Assembly (NCBI GenBank): GCA_902767235.1
Contig: CACXGR010000262.1
Span: 1 to 49,083, forward strand
Origin: an uncultured Lachnospiraceae bacterium
Lineage (GTDB): Bacteria; Bacillota; Clostridia; Lachnospirales; Lachnospiraceae
DNA length: 49,083 nt
Direction of reading: 5' to 3'
Positions within the stretch are counted from its first letter, which is position 1, and each line of letters begins with the position of its first letter. Under the pieces are notes generated by a model. The model did no database searches. It was not told where the DNA came from and was given only the letters and a program-made list of their open reading frames with translations. Below are positions 38,754-48,556 of the stretch, piece after piece. A program made the position numbers and the translations under genes.

Positions 38754-40583
38754 ATGAGCAAATGGAGTAAAGGAATCAGAAAAATGCTGTCAGCAGCCGG
38801 GATCAGCTTTCTGATCGCGGCCAATGCGATGGTCATGCCTCTTTGTGCATCCGCAGCCACTGCAGTGACAGACGGCGTCATGATCAGAAATGACGCGTCT
38901 ACGGAAGCCGGGATCATCGGCAGCCTGAACGAAGGCGACGAAGTCACTATTTTGGATGTGGTCCAGTCGGGCGACGGGTATGCCTGGTACTATATCGAGC
39001 TTGAAAACGGCAATACGGGCTATGTACGCAGCGACCTGTTAAACGCAAGCGAAGAGGAACTGAAGGATTTTGGCGGCGCGCCTGTGAACAAGGAAGAGGA
39101 AGCGGCCGAAGAACAGAAGGAAGAGACGGAAGCGCCGGCGCAAGAGACCCAGGAACAGGCAGAAGCAGAGAACAGCAATGCAGAAGCAGAGAACAGCAAT
39201 GCAGAAGCAGGAACGACCCAAGAGGCCGCGCCGGCAGCTGCCACCGGGCAGACGCCTGCTGAAACATCCGGGGATTATGATGCCTCCAAAGACCCCAATG
39301 CTCATTTTTCCGTGAAGTATGAGACAGAAGCGGACGGTTCCGGCAACTGGTATGTCTATAACGATGACAACGGAAGCAGAATTAAGATCAGCGACATAAA
39401 GACAGCTGCAGATAATGCCGGCAATGCGGGCGGGCCCGGAATGTGGAAGCCTGCGGCCATTATCTTCGGCATTCTGACACTCGCTCTGGCTGCATTCGCC
39501 CTGTTTTTGATCAAATCCATCCGCGACGGAAGGAGCAAGAGCTCCCGCAGAAGATCTCTCGAGGTCGCCGGTTATACCCCCTATGAAGAGGACGGCGAAG
39601 AGGAAGAGACCGAAGATGAGTACTATTTCACAGATGACGAGGAGAGCGGGGACGGCGAAGAGAACACGGATTCCACGATCGAAGTCGAAGTACCGCAGGA
39701 GGAAGAACCGGTTGAACTTCCAAGCGGTGACGGAGCGGACGCGGAGATCAGCGCAGTTACGGACAGCTTGAGCAGATCGGTTCAGGACCTCACGGCGGAA
39801 GAAGCAGCTGAAGCGGATAGAGAAGAAGCGGATGCGGCGTCTGCAAATGATCAGGACGAAGCCGATGCGGCTGCTGCCGAAAAAGCAGACGAAACAGCGG
39901 AAACATCTATTGAGACTGCCACATCCGATACGGATGCAGATGCGGCCGATACGGATCCCGCAGCAGAGAAAGACAGCGGATCCGAGCCCGGTCACGCCGA
40001 TGAAACAGAAGTGCCGGACAGCGATCAGGATTACGCCGATGAAGACGAGGCGTACCCGGATGAAGAGGAGTACGAAGAAGAAGATTACGAAGAAGACTAC
40101 GACGATGAAGAATATGATGACGAAGATTATGAGGAAGACGGGGATTACAGTGACGGAGAAAGTACCCGCGTAAGATCCCGCGGTAAGGAAAGCGGCGGCT
40201 TCTTCGGCTTCTTCAAAAAAGTGTTCGGATCCGATTCGAAGGAAGACAGGGAGGACGAAGGAGAGGACTTTGATGAGGAGGAGCACGAATTCGATGAATT
40301 CAGCGAGTATCCGGAGGATGTCGATCTTCTGCCTAAGGAAGAGAATACGGAGGATGATCTCTCCGATGAGGACGACTTCGAGGAAGACGATGATGCCGGA
40401 AGCTCGAACGCCAGAGGCAGGCTGTCCATGCAGCGCGTCATGAAAAATGTCGGCTATAAGGAAGAGGAAAACGATTTCTCCGACAGTGATCCCGTTGAAG
40501 ATGATGAGGATCTCGCTGAGTCGCTGTATGACGATGATGACGACATGTCCTTTTCTTTTATCGGCACCTCCCGGAAGAAATGA
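38754..40583 (+). CDS. SH3b-domain single-pass membrane protein with a long acidic tail
   Basis: Signal peptide; SH3b-like IRNDAST...WYYIELENGNTGYVRSDLL; TM AAIIFGILTLALAAFALFLI followed by basic residues; about 350 aa D/E-rich tail. Confidence 0.8.
   Translation: MSKWSKGIRKMLSAAGISFLIAANAMVMPLCASAATAVTDGVMIRNDASTEAGIIGSLNEGDEVTILDVVQSGDGYAWYYIELENGNTGYVRSDLLNASEEELKDFGGAPVNKEEEAAEEQKEETEAPAQETQEQAEAENSNAEAENSNAEAGTTQEAAPAAATGQTPAETSGDYDASKDPNAHFSVKYETEADGSGNWYVYNDDNGSRIKISDIKTAADNAGNAGGPGMWKPAAIIFGILTLALAAFALFLIKSIRDGRSKSSRRRSLEVAGYTPYEEDGEEEETEDEYYFTDDEESGDGEENTDSTIEVEVPQEEEPVELPSGDGADAEISAVTDSLSRSVQDLTAEEAAEADREEADAASANDQDEADAAAAEKADETAETSIETATSDTDADAADTDPAAEKDSGSEPGHADETEVPDSDQDYADEDEAYPDEEEYEEEDYEEDYDDEEYDDEDYEEDGDYSDGESTRVRSRGKESGGFFGFFKKVFGSDSKEDREDEGEDFDEEEHEFDEFSEYPEDVDLLPKEENTEDDLSDEDDFEEDDDAGSSNARGRLSMQRVMKNVGYKEEENDFSDSDPVEDDEDLAESLYDDDDDMSFSFIGTSRKK
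39159..39210 (+). repeat. About 2.5 x 21-bp perfect tandem repeat
   Basis: GCAGAAGCAGAGAACAGCAAT twice plus a partial copy (AEAENSN). Confidence 0.9.
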
Positions 40584-40626
40584 GCCTTGTGCTGAGGGGA
40601 TCTGCACTGCGTGGTGACAGCCGAAC

Positions 40627-40674
40627 TTGACATACAAATCCACCTGTTATACCATATATATAACAGGTGGATTT
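40627..40674 (+). promoter_or_regulatory. Promoter overlapped by a perfect 16-bp inverted repeat (probable GntR/YtrA operator)
   Basis: TTGACA (40627-40632), 17 bp spacer, TACCAT; AAATCCACCTGTTATA-N7-TATAACAGGTGGATTT. Confidence 0.75.
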
Positions 40675-40706
40675 TGGCTTTTCTTAACAAAAAGGAAGGT
40701 GATATT

Positions 40707-41117
40707 ATGCTGATCGAGATTGATTTCAGCAGTGATGAGGCTATATATCAGCAGTTATGCAATCAGATCATATTGGGGATCGCCACTTCAAGGCTGACGG
40801 ACGGCGATGTTCTTCCCTCCGTGAGGCAGATGGCGGATGATATAGGCATCAACATGCATACCGTCAATAAGGCCTATTCGATCCTGCGCCAGGAAGGCTT
40901 TGTCAAGGTAGACAGAAGACGCGGCGCTTTTGTATCCGTGGATGACAGGAACCGGGAGCGCGCGCTTCGGATCATCGAGAAAGAAATGCGCGTGCTGCTC
41001 GCAGAGGCGAGATGCCGCGGACTGAGCAAGGAGGACCTGCTCATGCTTGTCAACAGGATCTATGACGAATATGACGGCGGAATAAAAAAAACTGACAGAT
41101 ACAAAGAGATAAGATGA
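40707..41117 (+). CDS. GntR family (YtrA subfamily) transcriptional regulator
   Basis: AIYQQL, LPSVRQMA, INMHTVNKAY; short C-terminal domain. Confidence 0.92.
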   Translation: MLIEIDFSSDEAIYQQLCNQIILGIATSRLTDGDVLPSVRQMADDIGINMHTVNKAYSILRQEGFVKVDRRRGAFVSVDDRNRERALRIIEKEMRVLLAEARCRGLSKEDLLMLVNRIYDEYDGGIKKTDRYKEIR

Positions 41118-43555
41118 GAGAAAATTATACCAAAAACGCACAGGAAGTCATAAGACTTGCCAAGAATGCTTCTAAGCACAACAAGCAGAATTATACGGGG
41201 ACCGAGCACCTGCTCCTGGGGCTGATCGCAGAGCCGGACGGTGTCGCATCCAAGGTGCTCAGGGAAAACAACTGCACGCTGGAGCGGATCGGCGACATGA
41301 TCTCACAGCTCAATATACACTCTGCCAACCTGGCGCTCCTCGATCACGAGGGTTTTTCCCCAAGATGCCAGAAGGTCATGCGGATCGCAGCCGGACATGC
41401 TGACAAGTTCCACTCGGAAATGATCGGGACCGAACATCTGCTCATGGCGATCATCACAGAGGGAGAGAATATCGCTCTGAAACTGATCGAGACCATAGGT
41501 GTCAATCCGGCCAAGCTCTATTTTGAGCTGCTGGCTGCCATGGGGGAGAATCCGACCGAACACAAGGATGACCTGAAAAAGGACGGCGAAGGAGGCGAAC
41601 CGGGGATCCTCCCTCAGTACAGCCGGGATCTGACCGCGCTCGCCATGCAGGGAAGACTCGACCCGGTCATCGGCAGAGAAGAGGAGATCGCCCGCGTGAT
41701 CCGTATTCTGAGCCGCCGGACCAAGAACAATCCCTGTCTGGTGGGGGAACCGGGCGTCGGCAAGACAGCGATCGTCGAGGGATTGGCACAGAAGATCGTG
41801 AGCGGCGCCGTTCCGGCCTCCGTAAGGGGCAAGCGTCTTCTGACCATGGACCTCTCCGGCATGGTGGCGGGATCCAAATACAGAGGTGAATTTGAAGAGC
41901 GCATCAAACGGGTCATCGCAGAGGTCATCGAAGCCGGGAATATCATTCTCTTTGTGGATGAGATCCATACGCTGATCGGTGCCGGAGGCGCAGAAGGCGC
42001 CATCGATGCGTCGAATATCCTCAAGCCTTCACTGGCAAGAGGAGAAATCCAGCTGATCGGCGCGACGACGCTGAATGAGTACCACAAATATGTGGAAAAG
42101 GATGCGGCGCTCGAGAGAAGATTCCAGCCGATCCAGGTGGAGGAACCCACTGCCGACGAGGCGGAGCAGATCCTCAGAGGTGTTCTGAGCGCCTATGAAG
42201 AACACCACAAAGTGAAAGTCAATGACGAAGCGATCCGCGCCGCCGTAGACCTGTCAGAGCGATATATCAACGACCGCAATCTCCCGGATAAGGCCATCGA
42301 CGTGATCGACGAGGCCTGTGCGGCAGTGCGCCTCAAAAATATGGGCGGACATGAAGATCCGATCCGAGCGATGGAGAAAGAAGCGGCGGAAGCCGACAAA
42401 GCGATCGCAGCAGCCCTTTCGGACAACAGGATCGATGACGCCAAAGAGATCCGGGCACGGATCGAGGAACTGAACAGGAAGATCGAATCCGCAAAGCGCA
42501 GACGGGAGCGGCGCGACAGCACCCGGATCCCCGAAGTGGGCGTCGAAGATATTGCTCAGGTCATCTCCATGTGGTCCAAGGTACCCGTCAGCAGACTGAC
42601 GGAAAAGGAGAGCGCAAGGCTTTTGAAGCTGGAAGATGAACTCCACAAGAGGGTGATCGGCCAGGAGGATGCCGTACACGCCGTGGCCAAGGCGATCCGA
42701 AGAGGCCGCGTAGGCCTTCAGGATCCCAACAGACCGATCGGCTCTTTCCTCTTCCTGGGGCCCACCGGCGTCGGCAAAACAGAGCTCTCCAAGGCGCTGG
42801 CGGAAGTGATGTTCGGCTCAGACCAGGATATGATCCGAGTAGATATGTCCGAATATATGGAACAGTACGCCGTGTCCAAGATCATCGGCTCCGCGCCGGG
42901 CTATGTCGGATATGAGGAGGGCGGACAGCTCTCGGAGAAAGTGAGAAGGCACCCCTACAGCGTCATACTGTTTGACGAGATCGAGAAGGCGCACAGGGAT
43001 GTGTTCAATGTGCTGCTCCAGATCCTGGATGAAGGACATATCACGGATTCTAAAGGTCACAAAGTAAACTTCAAAAACACAGTGATCATCATGACATCCA
43101 ATGTGGGTGCACAGAAGATCATTGAACCCAAGACGCTGGGCTTTGCCGATAAGCCTACGGCGGAACAGACCTATGAAAAGATGCGCAGCGGCGTAATGGA
43201 TGAAGTGAAGAAAATGTTCAGGCCTGAGTTCATCAACAGGATCGATGAGATCCTTGTGTTCCACTCTCTGAGCGAGGATGAACTGAACCGGATCTGCACG
43301 CTTCTTTGCGAGGACCTGATCCGCAGGGCGGACAAACAGCTGGGCATCCGGCTCAGGATCACGCCGGCCCTGAAAAAGCACATCGTAAAGGAGTACTCGG
43401 ATCCCAAAATGGGCGCGAGGCCCCTCAAGAGGGCGATCCAGAAGGTGATCGAGGACGAATTGTCTGAAAAACTGCTGGCGGAGGAGATCAGGCCCGGACA
43501 GACCGTCACAGCCGGCTTCAGAGGAGGTGCTGTTACGTTCGATGGCAGGGAGTAA
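41114..43555 (+). CDS. clpC: ATP-dependent Clp protease ATP-binding subunit ClpC
   Basis: Two Clp-N repeats (GTEHLL), GEPGVGKT, GPTGVGKT, short middle domain, LGF ClpP-docking loop. Confidence 0.93.
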   Translation: MRENYTKNAQEVIRLAKNASKHNKQNYTGTEHLLLGLIAEPDGVASKVLRENNCTLERIGDMISQLNIHSANLALLDHEGFSPRCQKVMRIAAGHADKFHSEMIGTEHLLMAIITEGENIALKLIETIGVNPAKLYFELLAAMGENPTEHKDDLKKDGEGGEPGILPQYSRDLTALAMQGRLDPVIGREEEIARVIRILSRRTKNNPCLVGEPGVGKTAIVEGLAQKIVSGAVPASVRGKRLLTMDLSGMVAGSKYRGEFEERIKRVIAEVIEAGNIILFVDEIHTLIGAGGAEGAIDASNILKPSLARGEIQLIGATTLNEYHKYVEKDAALERRFQPIQVEEPTADEAEQILRGVLSAYEEHHKVKVNDEAIRAAVDLSERYINDRNLPDKAIDVIDEACAAVRLKNMGGHEDPIRAMEKEAAEADKAIAAALSDNRIDDAKEIRARIEELNRKIESAKRRRERRDSTRIPEVGVEDIAQVISMWSKVPVSRLTEKESARLLKLEDELHKRVIGQEDAVHAVAKAIRRGRVGLQDPNRPIGSFLFLGPTGVGKTELSKALAEVMFGSDQDMIRVDMSEYMEQYAVSKIIGSAPGYVGYEEGGQLSEKVRRHPYSVILFDEIEKAHRDVFNVLLQILDEGHITDSKGHKVNFKNTVIIMTSNVGAQKIIEPKTLGFADKPTAEQTYEKMRSGVMDEVKKMFRPEFINRIDEILVFHSLSEDELNRICTLLCEDLIRRADKQLGIRLRITPALKKHIVKEYSDPKMGARPLKRAIQKVIEDELSEKLLAEEIRPGQTVTAGFRGGAVTFDGRE

Positions 43556-44951
43556 GAGAAAGACAGGATTTTTTTGCCAGGCGTGCGGGTACGAGTCGGC
43601 CAAGTGGACCGGACAGTGCCCCGCCTGCAAAGCCTGGAACACCATGGTGGAGGAGCCGGTCAGGATCACTTCTTCGAGATCCTCCGGCAGCGGATCCCGG
43701 GGGGCATCCGCCAGGTTTTCCCTCGGAGATGCAAATAAGAGTTTTAAGCCGGTTCCCCTGTCCGCCGTGGAAGATCAGGAAGAGATCCGGTTTTCCACCG
43801 GTATGGCCGAACTGGACCGCGTCCTGGGCGGCGGCGCCGTCTCCGGCTCGCTGATCCTGGTGGGCGGAGACCCAGGGATCGGCAAGTCCACGATCCTTCT
43901 GCAGACAAGCTGCAACATGGCTGTGCGGGGGATTCCCGTCATATACATATCTGGAGAGGAGTCCCTGCGGCAGATCAAGATCCGGGCAGCCAGGATTGCC
44001 AAAGCGCCGGACGCCCTGCGCTTTATGTGCGAGACGAATCTGGATATCATCTCAGAGGTCGTGATACGGGAGAAGCCCAAAGTGGTCGTGATCGACTCGA
44101 TCCAGACCATGTTCAGTGAAGACGTCGGTTCCGCGCCGGGAAGCGTATCCCAGGTGCGGGAGACAACAGCCGTTCTCCTGAGGCTGGCCAAGGAGCTGTC
44201 CGTCACCTTTTTCATCGTCGGGCATGTCACAAAAGAGGGTACAGTGGCCGGACCGCGCGTGCTAGAGCATATGGTGGATACGGTTCTCTATTTTGAAGGG
44301 GACCGGTACGCCTCCTACAGGATCCTCAGGGGCGTCAAGAACCGCTTCGGCTCCACAAATGAGATCGGGATCTTCGAGATGAGAAATGAAGGCCTTGCAG
44401 AAGTTCCGAATCCGTCGGAATACATGCTGAGCGGGAGGCCGCTCGGATCGAGCGGGTCCGTTGTGACCTGTTCCATGGAAGGGACGCGCCCCATGCTCAC
44501 AGAGGTGCAGGCGCTGATCGTACAGACAAATTTCGGCTACCCCAGAAGGCAATCCACAGGCACCGATGCAAACCGGGTCAGCGTGCTGATGGCAGTGATC
44601 GAAAAGAGACTGAACGTACCGCTGTCCCAGTTCGACGCCTATATCAATCTTGCCGGCGGCATCAGGCAGACGGAGCCCTCGCTGGATCTGGGCATTGTCA
44701 TGGCTATCCTTTCCAGCTATCGGAACCGGCCTGTTCCGGATGACATGATCGTCTTCGGCGAAGTCGGGCTTTCCGGCGAGGTCAGGAGCGTGAGCATGGC
44801 GGAGATGCGGGTACAGGAAGCAGCCAAACTCGGATTCAGAAGGTGTATACTACCGGCATCTGCGGCGGAAGGGATCAAAGTGCCGGACGGGATGAAACTG
44901 ATCCCCATCAAGGGGATCGGACAGCTGTACGATCATCTTATCAATTCATAA
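43542..44951 (+). CDS. radA: DNA repair protein RadA/Sms
   Basis: CQACG...CPAC zinc finger, GDPGIGKST, KNRFG, GEVGLSGE. Confidence 0.97.
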   Translation: MAGSKRKTGFFCQACGYESAKWTGQCPACKAWNTMVEEPVRITSSRSSGSGSRGASARFSLGDANKSFKPVPLSAVEDQEEIRFSTGMAELDRVLGGGAVSGSLILVGGDPGIGKSTILLQTSCNMAVRGIPVIYISGEESLRQIKIRAARIAKAPDALRFMCETNLDIISEVVIREKPKVVVIDSIQTMFSEDVGSAPGSVSQVRETTAVLLRLAKELSVTFFIVGHVTKEGTVAGPRVLEHMVDTVLYFEGDRYASYRILRGVKNRFGSTNEIGIFEMRNEGLAEVPNPSEYMLSGRPLGSSGSVVTCSMEGTRPMLTEVQALIVQTNFGYPRRQSTGTDANRVSVLMAVIEKRLNVPLSQFDAYINLAGGIRQTEPSLDLGIVMAILSSYRNRPVPDDMIVFGEVGLSGEVRSVSMAEMRVQEAAKLGFRRCILPASAAEGIKVPDGMKLIPIKGIGQLYDHLINS

Positions 44952-44966
44952 CATAAGGGGAAGAAA

Positions 44967-45449
44967 ATGAGAAAAATAGATGAGACCGCTTATATCGCAG
45001 AGGGTGCCAGACTGATCAAGGACGTAGTGCTTGAGAAGAACAGCAGTGTCTGGTTCAATGCCGTGCTGCGCGGAGACGAAGAGCAAATCATCGTCGGTGA
45101 AGGATCCAACGTGCAGGACAACTGCGTCATACATGTGGGCCCGGGCTGCCCTACCATACTTGGAAAAGGCGTGACCGTCGGACATCTGGCCCTCCTGCAC
45201 GGCTGCCGGGTCGGAGACAACACGCTGATCGGCATGAACTCCACGATCCTCAACGGAGCGGTGATCGGCCGGAACTGCATCATCGGCGCCGGCTCTCTGG
45301 TGACAAAGGGAGTCGTGATCCCGGACAACAGCCTCGCCTTCGGCAGACCCGCCAAAATCGTGAGGCAGGTGACGGAAGAGGAGATCGAATCGAATCGCTA
45401 TGACGCGCAGTTTTATATCCGCGAGGCGGAAGAATACAGACAGTCATAG
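44967..45449 (+). CDS. Gamma-carbonic anhydrase family hexapeptide-repeat protein (YrdA/PaaY/CaiE-like)
   Basis: VWFNAVLRGD, SNVQDNCVIH, VTVGH, LHGC. Confidence 0.9.
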   Translation: MRKIDETAYIAEGARLIKDVVLEKNSSVWFNAVLRGDEEQIIVGEGSNVQDNCVIHVGPGCPTILGKGVTVGHLALLHGCRVGDNTLIGMNSTILNGAVIGRNCIIGAGSLVTKGVVIPDNSLAFGRPAKIVRQVTEEEIESNRYDAQFYIREAEEYRQS

Positions 45450-45588
45450 GCATTGACTATGTTTTTTTGCGCTTTAGAGCTATAGAATCGATTGGAGTTT
45501 ATCGAAGATTTCCATTATGATTAAAGTACAGTAATGACGTGTTTTGAAGCGACATATTGTCTATATTTAACAAAAGGAGGGTAATTCA

Positions 45589-46725
45589 ATGGCATTAGTT
45601 TACACCGAGGAGCAGAAAGAACTGATCGCAATGGTCAAGGAAATGGCTGAGAAGGAAGTTAAGCCTCACGTGGCCGAGTGTGACCGCACAGGCAACTGCC
45701 CCATCGAGCTCTTCGCACCCGCTCTGGAGATGGGTCTTCACCTGGCTGAGATCCCCGAGGAGTACGGCGGAATGGGCCTCAGCTTCGAGACAACAGCTAT
45801 GATGTATGAAGAGCTTGCAAAGGTTGATGCCGGTTATGCAGATACGCTTGTTACCACTTTCGTTGCATTCCGTAACGTTATGCTCGCAGGCACACCCGAG
45901 CAGATCCAGTACTTTGCAGACATCGTTCAGGAAGGCAAGTTCGCCTGCTTCGCGATCACAGAGCCCAACGCAGGTTCCGATGCCGGCGCCCTCAAGGCTA
46001 CCGCTGTAAAGGACGGAGATGACTACATCCTAAACGGCACAAAGACCTTCGCTACCAACGGCGAGTGCGCTTCCCTTTACATCAGCTTCTTCCGCACAGA
46101 GGAAGGCATCACCGCTTTCATGATCGATCGCGACACACCCGGATTCTCCGTTGGCGCACACGAGGACAAGATGGGATTCCGTCTCTCCAACACCACAGAG
46201 CTTATCTTCGACAATGTCCGCGTTCCTGAGAGCCGCGTAATCGGCAAGAAGGGCAAGGGACTCAACGTTGCTCTCGGCTGCCTCAACATTTCCCGCGCAT
46301 TCGTCGCTACGCTGGCTGTAGGTATCATGCAGCGAGCGCTCGACGAGGCAGTGGCATATGCCAAGGTCCGTAAGCAGTTCGGCAAGCCCATCATCAAGTT
46401 CCAGATGGTCCAGGGCCTTCTGGCTGATATGGCAATCAAGACAGAGGCTGCAAGATGCCTTGTCAACAACACCATGAGAATGATCGACGCAGGTATGGAC
46501 GTCCGCAAAGAAGGCGCGATCACCAAGTGCTTCGTAACGGATGTTGCTCAGGAAGTTACTTCCAATGCAGTCCAGGTTCTCGGCGGATACGGCTACAGCC
46601 GTGAGTATCCCGTAGAGAAGCTCATGCGTGACGTCAAGATCTTCCAGATCTTCGAGGGAACCAACCAGATCCAGAGACAGACTGTTGCAAAGTGCCTTGA
46701 GAGAGAGTATCCCGATCTTATCTGA
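45589..46725 (+). CDS. Acyl-CoA dehydrogenase family protein
   Basis: IPEEYGG, FAITEPNAGSD, LNGTKTF, RKQFGKPI, GGYGYSREYPVEK, IFEGTNQIQ. Confidence 0.95.
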   Translation: MALVYTEEQKELIAMVKEMAEKEVKPHVAECDRTGNCPIELFAPALEMGLHLAEIPEEYGGMGLSFETTAMMYEELAKVDAGYADTLVTTFVAFRNVMLAGTPEQIQYFADIVQEGKFACFAITEPNAGSDAGALKATAVKDGDDYILNGTKTFATNGECASLYISFFRTEEGITAFMIDRDTPGFSVGAHEDKMGFRLSNTTELIFDNVRVPESRVIGKKGKGLNVALGCLNISRAFVATLAVGIMQRALDEAVAYAKVRKQFGKPIIKFQMVQGLLADMAIKTEAARCLVNNTMRMIDAGMDVRKEGAITKCFVTDVAQEVTSNAVQVLGGYGYSREYPVEKLMRDVKIFQIFEGTNQIQRQTVAKCLEREYPDLI

Positions 46726-46763
46726 TCTGACTTTAATTTACTAACTAATTAATTGCTGCTTTT

Positions 46764-46797
46764 TTCCTGCCGCCGGGCCATTGTTCGGCGGCAGGAA
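46764..46797 (+). other. Intergenic stem-loop (stabiliser or weak terminator)
   Basis: TTCCTGCCGCCG-N10-CGGCGGCAGGAA; no strong downstream U-tract. Confidence 0.65.
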
Positions 46798-46846
46798 TGT
46801 CTTATGGATAAAAACAGCCGTGTAAAATTTTGAAAAGAGGCATCCA

Positions 46847-48529
46847 ATGAGAGTACCAGGAATGAAGATTAACCCGGAGCTAGAGAAACTCTACAAGGAG
46901 CGCGGAGACTGGACAGACGATACGCTGCTCACCCGGTTCGAGAGATCTGTTGAAAAATTCGGAGACAGGGAATTTGTCGTAGATGATCTCGGCAGACGCT
47001 ATACATATAAGGAAATGGACCGGTATTCCGATCAGGTGGCGGCTGTCCTGTATGAGTACGGCGTCCGCGAAGGGAGCATGGTGACTTATCAGATCACACC
47101 CCGCAGCGAATTTGTCGCCGTGATGCTTGCCTGCTTTAAGCTGGGTGCGATCTCGGCGCCTTTGGGCATGTTCTTTGAAGAGAAAAGTCTTCACGATATT
47201 TTGGCATTTCTGGGAAGCAATCTTCATATCAGTGTGGCAAAGTACAGAGGAAGAGACAGAGGCGGCATGATCGAGGAGTCGGTGGCCGGCGTCCTTTCCC
47301 CCAGAAAGATCATCCTGATCGGAGAGAGCCGCACGGCGCCTGAACTGGTCTGCATGGAAGAGCTCCTGATGCAGAGACTTCCCGTTCCGCCAAGGTATAA
47401 GGGGACCGGCACGGATCTGTCCACGATCCTGTGCACGTCCGGTACTACCAGCATGAGCAAGGGCGTAATGCTCACCAATGACAACATCATCTTCTCAGAG
47501 GACGGGTTCAACAAGGAACTGGGGCTGACGGAAGAAGATATCATGTTTATGCCCGCACCGCTCAACCACGCGACCGGGTATCATCACGGGATCATTTCCC
47601 CCATGCTCAGAGGCGGCAAAGTAGTGCTCCAGGAGAGATTCTGCTGCGTGGATGCGATCCATATGATGAACGACGAGAAAGTCACATATTCCATGGGGGC
47701 GACTCCTTTTATTTACGATCTGGTGGCGCAGCTGGACATCAGCGGCGAGAAACTTCCCTATCTGCGGTTTTACATCTGCGGCGGCGCACCGGTCCCTGAG
47801 TTTTTGGTCAACAAGGCATTTAATAATCACGGTATCCTTGTGTGCGAATGCTACGGATCCACGGAGAGTGTTCCCCATCTGTACGTAAGGCCTGCCGAGG
47901 CGCTGGATGTGCACGGCAGATGGTCCGGAAGAGCGATGGGCGGGATCGAAGTGCGGATCGTCGGAAGCGATCACAAGGAAGTCCCGAGAGGCACCGTGGG
48001 AGAAGAAGTCTCGCGCGGTCCCAGCGTATTTGTTGGCTACTATAAAAATGAAGAGGCAACGGAAAAAGCGCTGGATGACGAAGGATGGTGCTACAGCGGC
48101 GATCTCTGCGTGATGGATGAGAACGACAACGTGAAGGTGGTCGGCAGGATCAAGGATGTCATCATCCGCGGCGGTGAGAACCTCAACGCCAATGAGATCG
48201 ACTCGAACCTGGAAGGCTGCCCGGGGATCAAGGATCACACCATCATCGGACGTCCCGAGGAGAGACTGGGAGAGAGGATCTGTGCTTTCATCGTCTGCGA
48301 GCCCGGATGCCAGCCGACCAAAGAAGACATCCTCGACTATCTCAAATCCAAAAGAGTGCCCAAGAGACTGTGGCCGGAATATGTCGAATACATCGATTCG
48401 ATCCCCAGAACAGACAGCGGAAAAGTTCAGAAGTTCAAGCTGGATAAGGTCCTGCGGTCCAGGATGGGGCTTTCGGAGGACCATGTGGCGATCACAGCGG
48501 GAGACGCTGAAAAACACGGATTCAAGTAA
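46847..48529 (+). CDS. Acyl-CoA synthetase / AMP-binding CoA ligase (FadK or cyclohexanecarboxylate-CoA ligase-like)
   Basis: TSGTTSMSKG, YGSTE, SGD, GRIKDVIIRGGEN, PRTDSGKVQK. Confidence 0.88.
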   Translation: MRVPGMKINPELEKLYKERGDWTDDTLLTRFERSVEKFGDREFVVDDLGRRYTYKEMDRYSDQVAAVLYEYGVREGSMVTYQITPRSEFVAVMLACFKLGAISAPLGMFFEEKSLHDILAFLGSNLHISVAKYRGRDRGGMIEESVAGVLSPRKIILIGESRTAPELVCMEELLMQRLPVPPRYKGTGTDLSTILCTSGTTSMSKGVMLTNDNIIFSEDGFNKELGLTEEDIMFMPAPLNHATGYHHGIISPMLRGGKVVLQERFCCVDAIHMMNDEKVTYSMGATPFIYDLVAQLDISGEKLPYLRFYICGGAPVPEFLVNKAFNNHGILVCECYGSTESVPHLYVRPAEALDVHGRWSGRAMGGIEVRIVGSDHKEVPRGTVGEEVSRGPSVFVGYYKNEEATEKALDDEGWCYSGDLCVMDENDNVKVVGRIKDVIIRGGENLNANEIDSNLEGCPGIKDHTIIGRPEERLGERICAFIVCEPGCQPTKEDILDYLKSKRVPKRLWPEYVEYIDSIPRTDSGKVQKFKLDKVLRSRMGLSEDHVAITAGDAEKHGFK

Positions 48530-48556
48530 CAGGAAGAATATAACACGGAGGTTCTC

